Positions 32,874-43,532 of a stretch of 64,000 bases of DNA are shown here, in pieces. A model generated the notes under the pieces. It ran no database searches and had not been told where the DNA came from. It saw only the letters and a list, made by a program, of their open reading frames with translations. The DNA is from an uncultured Gemmatimonadales bacterium (GTDB lineage Bacteria > Gemmatimonadota > Gemmatimonadetes > Gemmatimonadales > GWC2-71-9): contig CAWGSK010000013.1 in NCBI GenBank assembly GCA_963825055.1, positions 128,001-192,000 of the forward strand, read 5' to 3'. A program made the position numbers and the translations under genes. The first letter of the stretch is position 1. Each line of letters starts with the position of its first letter.

Positions 32874-33347
32874 ATGCCCGATATCACTCCCTTCCTCTGG
32901 TACAACACCGAGGCCGAGGAAGCGGCGAACCACTACGTCTCCATCTTCCCCAATTCGAAGATCCTCAACATCAGCCGCTACCCGGAGGGCTCGCCGGCAC
33001 CGGCCGGCAGCGTCATGGTGGTCGCGTTCGAGCTGGACGGGAAGAAGTTCCTGGCGCTGAACGGCGGGCCGCATTTCACGCTCGATGAGGCCGTCTCCTT
33101 CGTGATCGACTGCAAGGACCAGAAGGAAGTGGACCACTACTGGTCGAAGCTCACGGCGGATGGCGGCGAGGAATCCATGTGCGGCTGGCTCAAGGACAAA
33201 TTCGGCCTGTCCTGGCAGGTGACGCCCAGGGCACTCGGAAAGCTCATGAGCGACCCCGATCCGGCGAAGGCGAAACGGGTGATGGAGGCCATGCTTAAGA
33301 TGAAGAAGATAGACATCGCGGGGCTGGAAGCCGCACACAGGGGATGA
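32874..33347 (+). CDS. VOC/PhnB-like (3-dmu-9_3-mt) family protein
   Basis: ITPFLWY, ALNGGPHF, CGWLKDKFGLSWQV. Confidence 0.92.
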   Translation: MPDITPFLWYNTEAEEAANHYVSIFPNSKILNISRYPEGSPAPAGSVMVVAFELDGKKFLALNGGPHFTLDEAVSFVIDCKDQKEVDHYWSKLTADGGEESMCGWLKDKFGLSWQVTPRALGKLMSDPDPAKAKRVMEAMLKMKKIDIAGLEAAHRG

Positions 33348-33526
33348 ACGGAGAGATCTCTCAGACCTCCGTTGCGTCACTTCAGTGATAGACCGGCCGA
33401 GTCGCGACTCTCAGTCGCGAAAAGGGGGCGGACGGGGCGGTTGCTAATTACTACCATGTGAGGGTCATGATTCACGCGCTCCAAGGGCGGGACTGACTCC
33501 GGTGAGCGCTGGAGTGCTTTTCCGTC

Positions 33527-34000
33527 TCATGGCCTCCGCCCAGGCCCAGCCCCCTCCCTCGCGGCCTGAATCCGTTCCATCAACCTTTCCCTGAGCACCA
33601 GGAACTGCGCCCGCTGCACCGCCGTCAGGTAGTCCATCTCCCGCACCTCATCCCGGAACGACGTGGCGTACGCCACCTTCTCGTTCAATAGCTCGTCCAG
33701 CAGGCTCTCCACGCTGTCCGCATTGGCTGCGACGCCGGGGCGGAGCTGGCCGGCCAGTGCCTGCTTCAGCTCCCGCTCGCGCATCACGAGCTGGCGGCGC
33801 TGAACGGCATTGCTTCGAAGCGTCTCGCGAAGCTTCATCGCCTGCTGGTCGGTCAGGCCGAGCTGCTCCCGCACGGTCGCGCCGAAACGGGTCTCGATGG
33901 CCTGGCGGAGGCGCTCTTCCCGCTGCATGTCGTTGTCCTGGGCAATGGCCGGGACGGCCACGAGCAGGAGCAGGGCCGACAGGATCAGTCCACGCATCAT
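33527..34000 (-). CDS. Spy/CpxP-like periplasmic helical protein
   Basis: Signal peptide, LGLTDQQ and LTAVQ motifs; follows ECF sigma and anti-sigma genes. Confidence 0.7.
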   Translation of the reverse strand: MMRGLILSALLLLVAVPAIAQDNDMQREERLRQAIETRFGATVREQLGLTDQQAMKLRETLRSNAVQRRQLVMRERELKQALAGQLRPGVAANADSVESLLDELLNEKVAYATSFRDEVREMDYLTAVQRAQFLVLRERLMERIQAAREGAGPGRRP

Positions 34001-34509
34001 CCCTCCAGGGAGCGGAGGACCCGCTCCAGTTCACCGGTCGAAAGGTCGTCCAGACGGGCATCGGGGCCCGGCGTGATGGTCGAGAGCGGCGCGTCGATTC
34101 CCTCAAAGACCTGCTCCAGCTGTCCCGCGCTCAGGCTGTCCAGCACCGGCAGCCGGATCACCAGCTCGTCTGCCGCGTCCGGGGCCGCGGTGGTGTTGAC
34201 GAGGGCCGTCGGCCAGACGAAGAGCGCCAGGACGGCCGCCGCCGCGATCAGCGCAACCGGCGCCCAGCGGCGCGCACTCGCCGGCCGGTCCACCGGGGTC
34301 CGCAACCGCTCCAGGGCCCCCGCCGCGATCCGGTCGATATTCAGTGCCCGCTCGACGCCCCGGCCGAGGGCGGCGGTCGCGCGGACGAGGTCCAGCTCCT
34401 CCCGGCACAGATCGCACGTCGCCAGGTGGCGGGACTCGTCCGCGGTCCACGCCGCCTTCCCCGCCGCCACATCCGGCATCCGCTCCGAGAGCTGTTCGCA
34501 TCGCGTCAT
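33997..34509 (-). CDS. Zinc-finger (HxxxCxxC) anti-sigma factor
   Basis: HLATCDLC, single TM. Confidence 0.8.
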   Translation of the reverse strand: MTRCEQLSERMPDVAAGKAAWTADESRHLATCDLCREELDLVRATAALGRGVERALNIDRIAAGALERLRTPVDRPASARRWAPVALIAAAAVLALFVWPTALVNTTAAPDAADELVIRLPVLDSLSAGQLEQVFEGIDAPLSTITPGPDARLDDLSTGELERVLRSLEG

Positions 34510-35105
34510 CGTACCGACTCCTTCAACCGCTTCACCGCATGGTGGTAGTGCACCCGCGCCGCACCCGGCGTCGTCCCGAGCGCCGCGGCGACGTCGCCGT
34601 ATTCCGCCCCAGTCTGGACCCGCATCAGGAACACTTCCCGCTGGAGCCTGGGCAGCTTCCCGATGGCCTCCCGGAGCCGCTCGCCTGCCTCGTCCGCGGC
34701 CAGGTGGGTCTCCGGATCCCGCCCGTCCGGGATGTCCCGGTCCTCCAGCGAGAGAAACGTCCGCCCCTTCCTTCTCCGGTACTGGTCCCGCATCACGTTG
34801 CCCGCAATGGTGAAGAGCCAGCTCCGGAACGACGCCTCACCCCGCCAGGAATCGAGTCTCCGGAAAGCCCGGAAGAAGGCCTCCTGGACCAGGTCCTCCA
34901 CCTCCGAGCGCACGGCGCCCGCGCTGTAGAGGAAGCGGCCCACCCCCGGCGCGTGCCGGTGAACCAGCAGCGTGGCGGCCCGCTCGTCCCCTTCGCGATA
35001 TGCCGAAACCAGATCGGCATCAGCGGGGCCATCCTGCCGGGTCAGCGCTTCCATGCCGAGGGTAGGACGCCCCTTACCGGCAGACGTTAAGTGGTTGACC
35101 GGCAA
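34506..35105 (-). CDS. ECF sigma-70 factor
   Basis: EDLVQEAFFRAF, FRSWLFTIAGN, region 4 LPRLQREVF; start may be ATG 35054. Confidence 0.92.
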   Translation of the reverse strand: MPVNHLTSAGKGRPTLGMEALTRQDGPADADLVSAYREGDERAATLLVHRHAPGVGRFLYSAGAVRSEVEDLVQEAFFRAFRRLDSWRGEASFRSWLFTIAGNVMRDQYRRRKGRTFLSLEDRDIPDGRDPETHLAADEAGERLREAIGKLPRLQREVFLMRVQTGAEYGDVAAALGTTPGAARVHYHHAVKRLKESVR

Positions 35106-35143
35106 GCCCCGGGGCGGGTACCTTCCGTGCGAACGAACGTTCG
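35095..35143 (+). promoter_or_regulatory. Sigma70-like promoter followed by palindromic operator CGAACGAACGTTCG
   Basis: TTGACC-N18-TACCTT; palindrome at 35130-35143 just before the TetR ATG. Confidence 0.6.
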
Positions 35144-35151
35144 GACGGACT

Positions 35152-35757
35152 ATGAAGCCCTATGATGAACGCCTCCAGCAGCTGCTCGATACCGCCGCCG
35201 TGACCTTCGCGGAGCGGGGCTTTCATGGTACCTCCATGCGGGACCTGTCCCGGGCGAGCAAACTCAGCCTGGCGGGGCTCTATCATTATGTGCACAGCAA
35301 GACGGAGCTGCTGTTCCTGATCCAGGACCGCTGCTTCGCCGAGGTCATCGCCGGGGCCCGGGAGGCCCTGGCCGGCGTGACGGATCCCGAGGAGCGGCTC
35401 CGGACATTCATCCGGCACCACGTGGGCTTCTTCGCGGCGCACATGGACGAGATGAAGGTGCTCGCGCACGAGGAAGACGAACTCTCGGGCACGATGCGGG
35501 AGACAGTGCGGCAGCGCAAGCGGGAATACGTCGCCCTGCTGTTTGACCTGCTGGACGCGGCGGGCGGCGGCGCGGGCCACCGGCAGGTGGCGGCCTACGC
35601 CCTCTTCGGCATGATGAACTGGATCTACACGTGGTACAATCCCGGCGGTGCCCTGCCCCCGGCGCGGCTCGCCTCGGACATGGCGGATCTCTTCCTGAAC
35701 GGTTACCTGACACCCACCCACGCGGCCACCCCCATGGCCGCATCGCACGGAGGTTGA
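35152..35757 (+). CDS. TetR-family regulator (PaaR/KstR2-like)
   Basis: FAERGFHGTSMRDL..LYHYVHSKTELL; GMMNWIYTWYNP. Confidence 0.92.
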   Translation: MKPYDERLQQLLDTAAVTFAERGFHGTSMRDLSRASKLSLAGLYHYVHSKTELLFLIQDRCFAEVIAGAREALAGVTDPEERLRTFIRHHVGFFAAHMDEMKVLAHEEDELSGTMRETVRQRKREYVALLFDLLDAAGGGAGHRQVAAYALFGMMNWIYTWYNPGGALPPARLASDMADLFLNGYLTPTHAATPMAASHGG

Positions 35758-35762
35758 ACATC

Positions 35763-36593
35763 GTGGCTACAACGGTTACTCCCCGGCCCGGCGCGCCGGC
35801 CCCCACGGACCAGGTGCTGGTCGATTACGAAGTGAAGGACGGCCTCGCGATCATCTCGCTGAACGACCCGCCGGCCAATACCTACACCTACGAGATGATG
35901 CGGCAGCTCGACGCCGCCGTCCTGGACGCCCGGATGGCCGATGATGCGCACGTGATCATCATCCGCGGCGCGGGCGAGAAGTTCTTCTCCGCCGGGGCGA
36001 ACATCAGCATGCTGAACAGCGTGACCCCGCGCTTCAAGTACTACTTCTGCCTCCATGCCAACGAGACGCTGAACCGGCTCGAGCACACGCCGAAGCTCAC
36101 CATCGCGGCGCTTAACGGGCACTGCGTGGGCGGCGGCCTCGAGATCGCCATGGCGTGCGACATGCGCCTCGCCAAGCGGGACGGCGGCAAGATCGGCCTC
36201 CCCGAGGTGAACCTGGGCGTGCTGCCCGGCACCGGCGGCACCCAGCGGCTCTGCCGGCTGGTCGGCAACTCGAAGGCGATCGAGCTCATGACCACGGGTG
36301 AGACGTACTCCTTCGAGCGCGCCGAGGAGCTGGGCATCGTGAACAAGGTCTACGACAACGACAGCTTCTGGGAGAACGTCGTGATGTTCGCGAAGCAGTT
36401 CACCCCGCCGCACAAGGCGGCCAGGGCCGTTGGCGCCATCAAGCGCGCGGTGCAGTCGGGCAGCCAGGTGCCGTTCGAGAGCGGCCTGGCCATCGAGCGG
36501 GAACTGCAGCAGCAGCTCTTCCAGAGCGAGGACGCGAAGGAAGGGATCTCGGCGTACGTGGACAAGCGCATGGCCGAGTTCAAGAACCGCTGA
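35763..36593 (+). CDS. Enoyl-CoA hydratase/isomerase
   Basis: FFSAGANI, GGGLEIAMACD, LPEVNLGVLPGTGGTQRL. Confidence 0.92.
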   Translation: MATTVTPRPGAPAPTDQVLVDYEVKDGLAIISLNDPPANTYTYEMMRQLDAAVLDARMADDAHVIIIRGAGEKFFSAGANISMLNSVTPRFKYYFCLHANETLNRLEHTPKLTIAALNGHCVGGGLEIAMACDMRLAKRDGGKIGLPEVNLGVLPGTGGTQRLCRLVGNSKAIELMTTGETYSFERAEELGIVNKVYDNDSFWENVVMFAKQFTPPHKAARAVGAIKRAVQSGSQVPFESGLAIERELQQQLFQSEDAKEGISAYVDKRMAEFKNR

Positions 36594-38027
36594 TGCACAC
36601 CGATCTCTTCATCGGCAACGAGTACGTGGCGGCGGCGGGTCACGGGCGGTTCGACGTGATCAACCCCGCCACGGAGGACGTGCTGGCGGACGTGGCGCTC
36701 GGCGACGTGGCGGACGTGGACAACGCGGTCCGCCGGGCCCGGGCCTGCTTCATCTCCGACGAGTGGCAGGGGATGAGCACCCCGGAAGCGCGGGATGATC
36801 CTGGCCCGCGCGGCCGACCTGCTCCGGGAGCGGCGGGATGACTTCGCCGCCCTGGAAACGCGGCAGAACGGGAAGCCGCTGTTCGAGGCGATGATCGACA
36901 CGAACATGGCGACCGAGGTGCTCCGCTACTATGCGGGCTGGGCCGACAAGATCACCGGTGACACGCTCCCGATGGACCGGGGCACCTTCGCGTACACGCT
37001 CCGCGAGCCGGTCGGTGTGGTAGGCGCCATCGTGCCGTGGAACTTCCCGCTGAATCTCGCCATGTGGAAAGTGGCCCCCGCCCTGGCGGCGGGCTGCACC
37101 GTGATCCTGAAGCCCGCGACCGAGACACCGCTGACCGCCCTGCTCCTGGGCGAGGTGATGCGGGACGCCGGGCTCCCGGCCGGCGCCTTCAACGTGGTGC
37201 CCGGACACGGGAAGACCGCGGGTATGGCGCTGGTCCGACACCCGGACGTGGACAAGATCGCCTTCACCGGCTCGACGCCGGTCGGGCAGATGATCATGAA
37301 GGAAGCGGCCGACACGGTGAAGCGGGTGACGCTGGAACTCGGCGGCAAGAGCCCGAACGTGGTCTTCGCCGACGCCGACCTCGGCGCCGCCGTCCGGGGC
37401 GCGCAGTCGGGAATCTTCTACGGCAAGGGCGAGGTCTGCGCCGCGGGCAGCCGGCTCCTGGTGGAGCGCTCGGTAAAGGACCAGTTCGTGGAACAGCTCG
37501 CCGCGCGCGCGGCGAAACTCACGCCGGGCGACCCGTTCGACAAGGGCACCCGCATGGGCGCTATCGTCTCGAAGAAGCAGCAGGAGACGGTCCTGGGCTA
37601 CATCGCGAAGGGGAAGCAGGAAGGCGCAGAGGTGGTGGCCGGCGGCAACGCCGTCCAGGTGAACGGCAAGGGCTACTACGTGGAGGCGACGGTCTTCGAC
37701 GGCGTCACGCCGGACATGACAATCGCGCAGGAGGAAATCTTCGGCCCGGTGCTCGCCGTCCTCCCCTTCGATGACATGGAGGAGGCGGTCCACCTCGCCA
37801 ACCACTCGATGTACGGGCTGGCCGCCGGCGTCTGGACCCGCGACGTGAGCAAGGCGCACCAGATGGCCCGCGCCATCAAGGCCGGCACCGTCTGGGTCAA
37901 CACGTACAACATGTACGACGCGGCCGCCCCGTTCGGCGGCTACAAGCAGTCCGGCTTCGGCCGGGACCTGGGCCGCGAGGCGCTGGACAACTACACCGAA
38001 ACCAAGACCGTGTGGGTGGGCCTCTGA
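36593..38027 (+). CDS. Aldehyde dehydrogenase (extra C near 36782)
   Basis: [35 protein letters not shown]. Confidence 0.92.
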
Positions 38028-39238
38028 TGGGGGCCGGCGAGCCCGTCATCACGGCTGCCCTCCGGACGCCGGTCGCGCGGGCCGGGGGCGGCCTGGCCGA
38101 GGTGCGGCCGGACGACCTGGCGGCAACCGTCGTCAAGGCCGTGGTCCGCCGGGCGAACCTCAAGCCCGAAGACATTGACGACGTGATCCTGGGCTGCGCC
38201 AACGGGGCCGGCGAGGACAACCGGAACGTGGCCCGGATGGCCGTGCTGCTGGCGGGCCTGCCGATCGAGGTGCCCGGCATGACGGTGAACCGGCTCTGCG
38301 GCAGCGGGCTCCAGGCGGTGGCGAGTGCGGCCCAGGCGATCAGGGCCGGCGAAGGCACCGTCTTCGTCGGCGGCGGGGTCGAGAGCATGACCCGCGCCCC
38401 CTACGTGATGCTCAAGACTGACTCGGCGTGGGACCGGCGCCCGCCCGAGGTGGCGGACACCACGGTGGGCTGGCGCTTCGTGAATCCCCGCATGCGGGCG
38501 GACTGGACGATCTCGCTTGGCGCGACCGCCGAGAAGGTCGCCGGGCAGTATGGCATCACGCGCGAGGAGCAGGATGCCTTCGCGCTCGAGAGCCAGGCGC
38601 GGGCGCAGAATGCCCTGGACGCCTGCGTCTTCGGGGACGAGGTCGTCCCGGTGGAGCTGCCGATGAAGGGCGGCGAGATCCGCTGCTTCAGCACCGACGA
38701 GCACCCGCGGGCGGGGCTCACGCCCGAGAAGCTCGGGAAGCTCAAGCCGGCGTTCGTGAAGGACGGCACCGTCACGGCGGCCAATTCCTCCGGCATCAAC
38801 GACGGCGCCGCCGCGCTCTCGGTGCTTGACGCCGCCTCGGCAAAGTCCTGCGGCGTGGAACCGCTCGCGCGTATCATCACAACGGCGGTGGCGGGCGTGG
38901 ATCCGGCCTGCATGGGACTCGGCCCGATCCCGGCCACCAGGAAGGCGCTGGAGCGCGCCGGCCTCACGATCGACCAGATCGACCTGGTCGAGCTGAACGA
39001 GGCGTTTGCGGCCCAGTCCATTGCCTGCATCCGCGAGCTCGGGCTCGACCCGTCGAAGGTGAATGTGTACGGCGGCGCCATCGCCCTCGGTCATCCGCTC
39101 GGCGCCTCGGGCGCCCGCATCCTGACCACGCTGGTCCACGCGCTCCGCCGGCGGGGCGGGCGCTACGGCCTCGCCACGATGTGCATCGGGGTGGGCCAGG
39201 GGATCGCGATGGTCGTCGAAAACACCGCCGCCGGCTGA
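38027..39238 (+). CDS. Thiolase (PcaF/PaaJ-like 3-oxoadipyl-CoA thiolase)
   Basis: [39 protein letters not shown]. Confidence 0.92.
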   Translation: MGAGEPVITAALRTPVARAGGGLAEVRPDDLAATVVKAVVRRANLKPEDIDDVILGCANGAGEDNRNVARMAVLLAGLPIEVPGMTVNRLCGSGLQAVASAAQAIRAGEGTVFVGGGVESMTRAPYVMLKTDSAWDRRPPEVADTTVGWRFVNPRMRADWTISLGATAEKVAGQYGITREEQDAFALESQARAQNALDACVFGDEVVPVELPMKGGEIRCFSTDEHPRAGLTPEKLGKLKPAFVKDGTVTAANSSGINDGAAALSVLDAASAKSCGVEPLARIITTAVAGVDPACMGLGPIPATRKALERAGLTIDQIDLVELNEAFAAQSIACIRELGLDPSKVNVYGGAIALGHPLGASGARILTTLVHALRRRGGRYGLATMCIGVGQGIAMVVENTAAG

Positions 39239-39246
39239 GGCGCCGC

Positions 39247-40047
39247 ATGGGTGACTTCCAGTTTGTCGAGCTGATCGTCGAGCACGGGGTCGGGACCCTG
39301 GCACTCAACCGCCCTGAGCGCATGAACGCGTTCGATGACGTGATGCGCCAGGAAATGGTCGAGGCCGCGAGCCGGCTGGTGCGTGACGACGCGGTTCGCG
39401 CCATCGTGGTAACCGGACGCGGGAAAGCCTTCTGCGCCGGGGCCGACGTCAAGTACATGGCCACAGCGGTGAAGGAGCATGACTGGAACGGCGCGATGGG
39501 CCTCGTCAACTCGGGCGCCGAGCTGGTCACCCTGCTCCGGCGCGCGCCGAAGCCGGTCCTCGCGAGCCTGAATGGCGTCGCGGCGGGCGGCGGGGCCAAC
39601 CTCGCCCTCGCCTGCGACCTCCGGATTGCCTCGGACGAGGCGGGCATCGGCCAGGTGTTTCACCGGATCGGGCTGCACCCCGACATGGGCGGAACGTATT
39701 TCCTCCCGCGCCTGGTGGGCCCGAGCCGGGCGCTGGAGCTGATCTGGTCGGCGGAGGTGCTGCCCGCGGACCACTGCCTGCGGCTCGGCCTGGTGAACAG
39801 GGTGGTGCCGCACGATGACCTGGCGCGGGAAACCGCGGCCTGGGCCGCGCGGCTCGCCGCCCTGCCGCCCATCGCGGCGGGGCTCGCCAAGGCGGCGGTC
39901 TACGAGTCCGGCGGCGGCGAGGATGCCCTGGCAGAGGCACTGGCCCGTGAGTCGGCCAGCCAGCGGACCTGTTTCGAGAGCGAAGACGCAGTCGAGGGCC
40001 TTCAGGCCTTCTTCGAGAAGCGGACACCCCATTTTCACGGGCGGTAG
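39247..40047 (+). CDS. Enoyl-CoA hydratase/isomerase (PaaG-like)
   Basis: FCAGAD, GGGANLALACD, IGLHPDMGG. Confidence 0.88.
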   Translation: MGDFQFVELIVEHGVGTLALNRPERMNAFDDVMRQEMVEAASRLVRDDAVRAIVVTGRGKAFCAGADVKYMATAVKEHDWNGAMGLVNSGAELVTLLRRAPKPVLASLNGVAAGGGANLALACDLRIASDEAGIGQVFHRIGLHPDMGGTYFLPRLVGPSRALELIWSAEVLPADHCLRLGLVNRVVPHDDLARETAAWAARLAALPPIAAGLAKAAVYESGGGEDALAEALARESASQRTCFESEDAVEGLQAFFEKRTPHFHGR

Positions 40048-40062
40048 AGAGGAGAATTCAGG

Positions 40063-41190
40063 ATGCGGAAGCTCGGCAATTTTGATGACTGGATTGATTA
40101 CTTCCGGTACTGGCAGGAGTCCATCGGCCTCCCGGTGAAGGAGTTTGAGTCCCGGCTGCCCCAGGGGTTCGCGTTTATCGACAAGTTCTCCGACCCCGAA
40201 GCGGAGGCCATCGAGTTCGGCCACTACAAGGGCAACCGGAAGTGGCCCACGATCATGCACATTCCCGACCAGCGGATCCGGGACGCGTGCCTGAACCTGA
40301 TCGTGTATCAGGGCGACACCGAGTTCGCCTCGGTGGAACAGCAGAAACGGCTGCTCACCAACCCGCCGAGCGACTATGACCTCTTCGCGCTCGTCCGCGT
40401 GATGAGCGAGGAGATGCGGCACGGGTGGCAGATGTCCTACCTGCTCTGCCGCCACTTCGGTGACGAGGGCCGCCGCGAGGCCGCCAAGCTGCTCGAGCGC
40501 CGCGCGGAGGAGGGCGACCGGCTCCTCGGCTCGTTCAACGAGATCGTGGAGAACTGGCTCGACTTCTACACCTACACCCAGTTCATCGACCGCGACGGCA
40601 AGTTCCAGCTGAAGATGCTCTCGACCTCCGCGTTCGAGCCGCTCGCCCTCAGCATGGGCCCGATGCTCAAGGAGGAGAGCTTTCACCTGGGCACCGGCAA
40701 CAACGGACTGCTCCGGATCGTGAAAGCCGGCCGGATCCCGCCGGAGATCATCCAGCGGTACTTCAACAAGTGGGTGCCGACGGCGTTCGACCTCTTCGGC
40801 ACGGACAACTCCTCCAGCGCCCACTGGGCCTACGTCTGGGGCCTCAAGGGCCGGTTCAACGAACGGGAGACCGAGGAGCCGGCGGACGTGGCGCACCTGA
40901 ACGAAGCGAGCCGCGAGCTGTATCACCAGGAGGTGGACCGCCTCGTGAAGCGGCTCAACATGCAGATCCCGGAGAAGGAACGGCACCTGTTCGTGCCCGA
41001 CCTCCGCTTCAACCGGAAGATCGGCACGTACGCACGCAAGTGCTACACGGTCCACGGCGAGGAAGTGAGCCCGGACCAGTACCCGGCCTACCTCAGCACT
41101 GTGACCCCGACGGACGAGGACCGCGAGTTCATCCGGAACGTCACCAAGGACGGAGACTGGATCGAAGCGCGGAAGATGGAATCTGCCTGA
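40063..41190 (+). CDS. BoxB-like di-iron aromatic-CoA epoxidase (PaaA/PaaC superfamily)
   Basis: QGDTEFASVEQQ, EEMRH, DRDGKFQL, EESFH: two ExxH iron motifs in a BoxB-like context. Confidence 0.85.
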   Translation: MRKLGNFDDWIDYFRYWQESIGLPVKEFESRLPQGFAFIDKFSDPEAEAIEFGHYKGNRKWPTIMHIPDQRIRDACLNLIVYQGDTEFASVEQQKRLLTNPPSDYDLFALVRVMSEEMRHGWQMSYLLCRHFGDEGRREAAKLLERRAEEGDRLLGSFNEIVENWLDFYTYTQFIDRDGKFQLKMLSTSAFEPLALSMGPMLKEESFHLGTGNNGLLRIVKAGRIPPEIIQRYFNKWVPTAFDLFGTDNSSSAHWAYVWGLKGRFNERETEEPADVAHLNEASRELYHQEVDRLVKRLNMQIPEKERHLFVPDLRFNRKIGTYARKCYTVHGEEVSPDQYPAYLSTVTPTDEDREFIRNVTKDGDWIEARKMESA

Positions 41191-41893
41191 AGTACGCACC
41201 GGCCCCTCGGTCATCGCGCACCGCGGGGCCTCCGCCCAGGAATACGAGAACTCGCGCGCGGCATTCCGGCGCGCGGTGGAGTTGGGCGCGGACGGGGTCG
41301 AACTCGACGTGCACACCACGGCCGACGGGGTGGTGGTCGTGCACCATGACCCGGACCTCCCGGGCCTGGGTCCGATCGCACGGCTGGCATTCCCTGCCCT
41401 GATGGAAGCACGCCTGCCCAACGGGGAGCCCGTGCCCACGCTGGCCGAGGCGCTGGAGATCCTCCAGGGGCTCGACGTGTACGTGGAAGTCAAGCGCCTC
41501 CTGCCCGAACGGGATGCGCTGCTGCTCGCGGTGCTGGACGCCGGCCCCGAGCCGGCACGCTACGCCGTTCACAGCTTCGACCACCACCTCATCCGGCGGC
41601 TGTCACGGCTTCGCCCCGGCCTGTCCCTCGGCATCCTCCTCTCGGCGAGAACCCTGTGGCCCGAGCGGATGATGGACGAGGCAGGCGCGTCCACCCTCTG
41701 GCAGCAGCAGGAGGGCATCGACGCCGGGCTGGTCGAGCGGGTACACGACGGCGGGGGGAAGGTGATCGCCTGGACGGTGAACACCGAGGCCGATGGCGCG
41801 CGCCTGGCGGCGCTTCGCGTCGACGGCCTCTGCGGCAACTACATTGACCGGCTCCGGGCCGTTGCCCCGGGGAGCCCAGGGGTACAGGCATGA
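41183..41893 (+). CDS. Glycerophosphodiester phosphodiesterase family protein (start unresolved)
   Basis: VIAHRGAS..EN..AF, ELDVH, HHD, WTVN; no canonical start upstream of the HRG motif. Confidence 0.85.
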   Translation: MPEVRTGPSVIAHRGASAQEYENSRAAFRRAVELGADGVELDVHTTADGVVVVHHDPDLPGLGPIARLAFPALMEARLPNGEPVPTLAEALEILQGLDVYVEVKRLLPERDALLLAVLDAGPEPARYAVHSFDHHLIRRLSRLRPGLSLGILLSARTLWPERMMDEAGASTLWQQQEGIDAGLVERVHDGGGKVIAWTVNTEADGARLAALRVDGLCGNYIDRLRAVAPGSPGVQA

Positions 41894-42753
41894 CGACTGA
41901 GACGAAGCGGGTGGCCGTGATCGGCGCCGGAACCATGGGGGCCGGGATCGCCCAGGCGGCCGCGACCGCAGGCTGGAAGACGGCGCTGGCCGACGTGGAC
42001 GAGGACACCCTGACCCAGGGCCTCGACCGGATCATCCTGACGCTCGACGGGGCCGTCGAGCGGGGGAAGATGACCCCTGACGAGCGCTCGGCGATCCGGA
42101 ACCGGATTCACGGCGATACGCTCGAGGCGGCCTGTCGCGATGCCGACCTGGTCATCGAGGCTGTCGTGGAGGACGCCGCGGTCAAGGCCGACGTGCTCAA
42201 GCGGGCGGCCGCGGTGGCGGCGGACAACGCACTCCTGGCCACCAACACCTCCTCGCTCTCGGTGGGCGATATCGCCGCCGGCCTCCCCCGCCCCGGCCGC
42301 TTTCTGGGGCTTCACTTCTTCAACCCGGTGCACCTGATGCGCCTGGTGGAGATCGTGGTGCATCCGGGCACGGATGCGGCGGCGCGGGCAGAGGCGCTGG
42401 ACATCGTGAAGGCGATGGGCAAGGAACCGATCGTGGTGAACGACACCCCCGGGTTCGCCTCCAGCCGCCTCGGTGTGGTCCTGGGCCTCGAGGCGATGCG
42501 CATGCTGGAACAGGGCGTCGCCTCCGCCGCGGACATCGACCGCGCCATGGCCCTGGGCTACAACCACCCGATGGGCCCGCTGCGCCTGACCGACCTCGTG
42601 GGACTCGACGTCCGTCTCAAGATCGCCGAGCACCTGCACGCGACCCTGGGCGGAGATCAGTTTGCCCCGCCCGACATTCTCCGCCGCCTGGTGGCCGAAG
42701 GGAAGCTCGGCCGCAAGACGGGACACGGCTTCTACGACTGGAAAGGCGCATGA
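41890..42753 (+). CDS. 3-hydroxyacyl-CoA dehydrogenase
   Basis: GAGTMGAG, TNTSSL, HFFNPV, HPMGPL..DLVGLD. Confidence 0.93.
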   Translation: MTTETKRVAVIGAGTMGAGIAQAAATAGWKTALADVDEDTLTQGLDRIILTLDGAVERGKMTPDERSAIRNRIHGDTLEAACRDADLVIEAVVEDAAVKADVLKRAAAVAADNALLATNTSSLSVGDIAAGLPRPGRFLGLHFFNPVHLMRLVEIVVHPGTDAAARAEALDIVKAMGKEPIVVNDTPGFASSRLGVVLGLEAMRMLEQGVASAADIDRAMALGYNHPMGPLRLTDLVGLDVRLKIAEHLHATLGGDQFAPPDILRRLVAEGKLGRKTGHGFYDWKGA

Positions 42754-43532
42754 GCGAACCCGAACTGATCCTGACCGAGGTGCACGGCGCCGTCGCCGTG
42801 GTGACCATCAACCGTCCCGAGAAGCGGAACGCGCTGAGCAGCCCCCTCCGTGCGCAGCTCATGGGCGCCCTCAACGGCCTCCGCGGCAATGACGAGGTGC
42901 GGGTGGTGGTGATCACCGGCTCCGGCGACAAGGCCTTCGTGGCGGGCGCCGACATCGGCGAGTTCGAGGGGCGGACCCCGGTCGACCAGTTCCGCGTCAT
43001 GAAGGAGCCGACCATCTTCGAGGCGGTCGAGACGTTCCCGAAGCCCGTCATCGCGATGATCAACGGTTTTGCGCTGGGTGGAGGCTGCGAGCTCGCCATG
43101 GCGTGCGACATCCGCGTCGCGGCCGACAGCGCCCGCCTGGGCCAGCCCGAGGTGAACCTCGGCATCATCCCGGGGGGCGGCGGCACCCAGCGCCTCCCGC
43201 GCCTCGTCGGCCTCGGCCAGGCCTTCCGCCTCCTGTTCACCGGCGACCTGATCGACGCCACCGAGGCGGCCCGCATCGGGCTGGTGGACATGGTCGTACC
43301 CGCCGCCGAACTGCGGGAGCGCACCATGGAACTGGCGGCGAACATCGCCACCAAGAGCCCCGTCGCCCTGCAGCTGGTCAAGGAGGCCGTCCGCGCCTCC
43401 ACCCGGACATCGCTCGACGAGGGCCTGCGGCAGGAAACCACGCTCTTCGGCATCGCCTTCGCCAGCGAGGACAAGGCGGAGGGAGTGAAGGCCTTTCTCG
43501 AAAAGCGCAGGCCGGAGTTCAAGAACCGCTAG
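42750..43532 (+). CDS. Enoyl-CoA hydratase (crotonase)
   Basis: AFVAGADI, GGGCELAMACD, QPEVNLGIIPGGGGTQRL. Confidence 0.93.
   Translation: MSEPELILTEVHGAVAVVTINRPEKRNALSSPLRAQLMGALNGLRGNDEVRVVVITGSGDKAFVAGADIGEFEGRTPVDQFRVMKEPTIFEAVETFPKPVIAMINGFALGGGCELAMACDIRVAADSARLGQPEVNLGIIPGGGGTQRLPRLVGLGQAFRLLFTGDLIDATEAARIGLVDMVVPAAELRERTMELAANIATKSPVALQLVKEAVRASTRTSLDEGLRQETTLFGIAFASEDKAEGVKAFLEKRRPEFKNR

Noticed and set aside
33402..33420. TCGCGACT-CTC-AGTCGCGA palindrome as another copy of the RHS enhancer
   Set aside because: Different half-site and spacing, and it lies between convergent genes; more likely a terminator-type hairpin
39163..41493. Long antisense or alternate-frame ORFs (e.g. 39163-41493, 55148-57268, 29177-31072, 61734-63416)
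   Set aside because: Shadows of well-supported genes in high-GC DNA, with no motifs of their own
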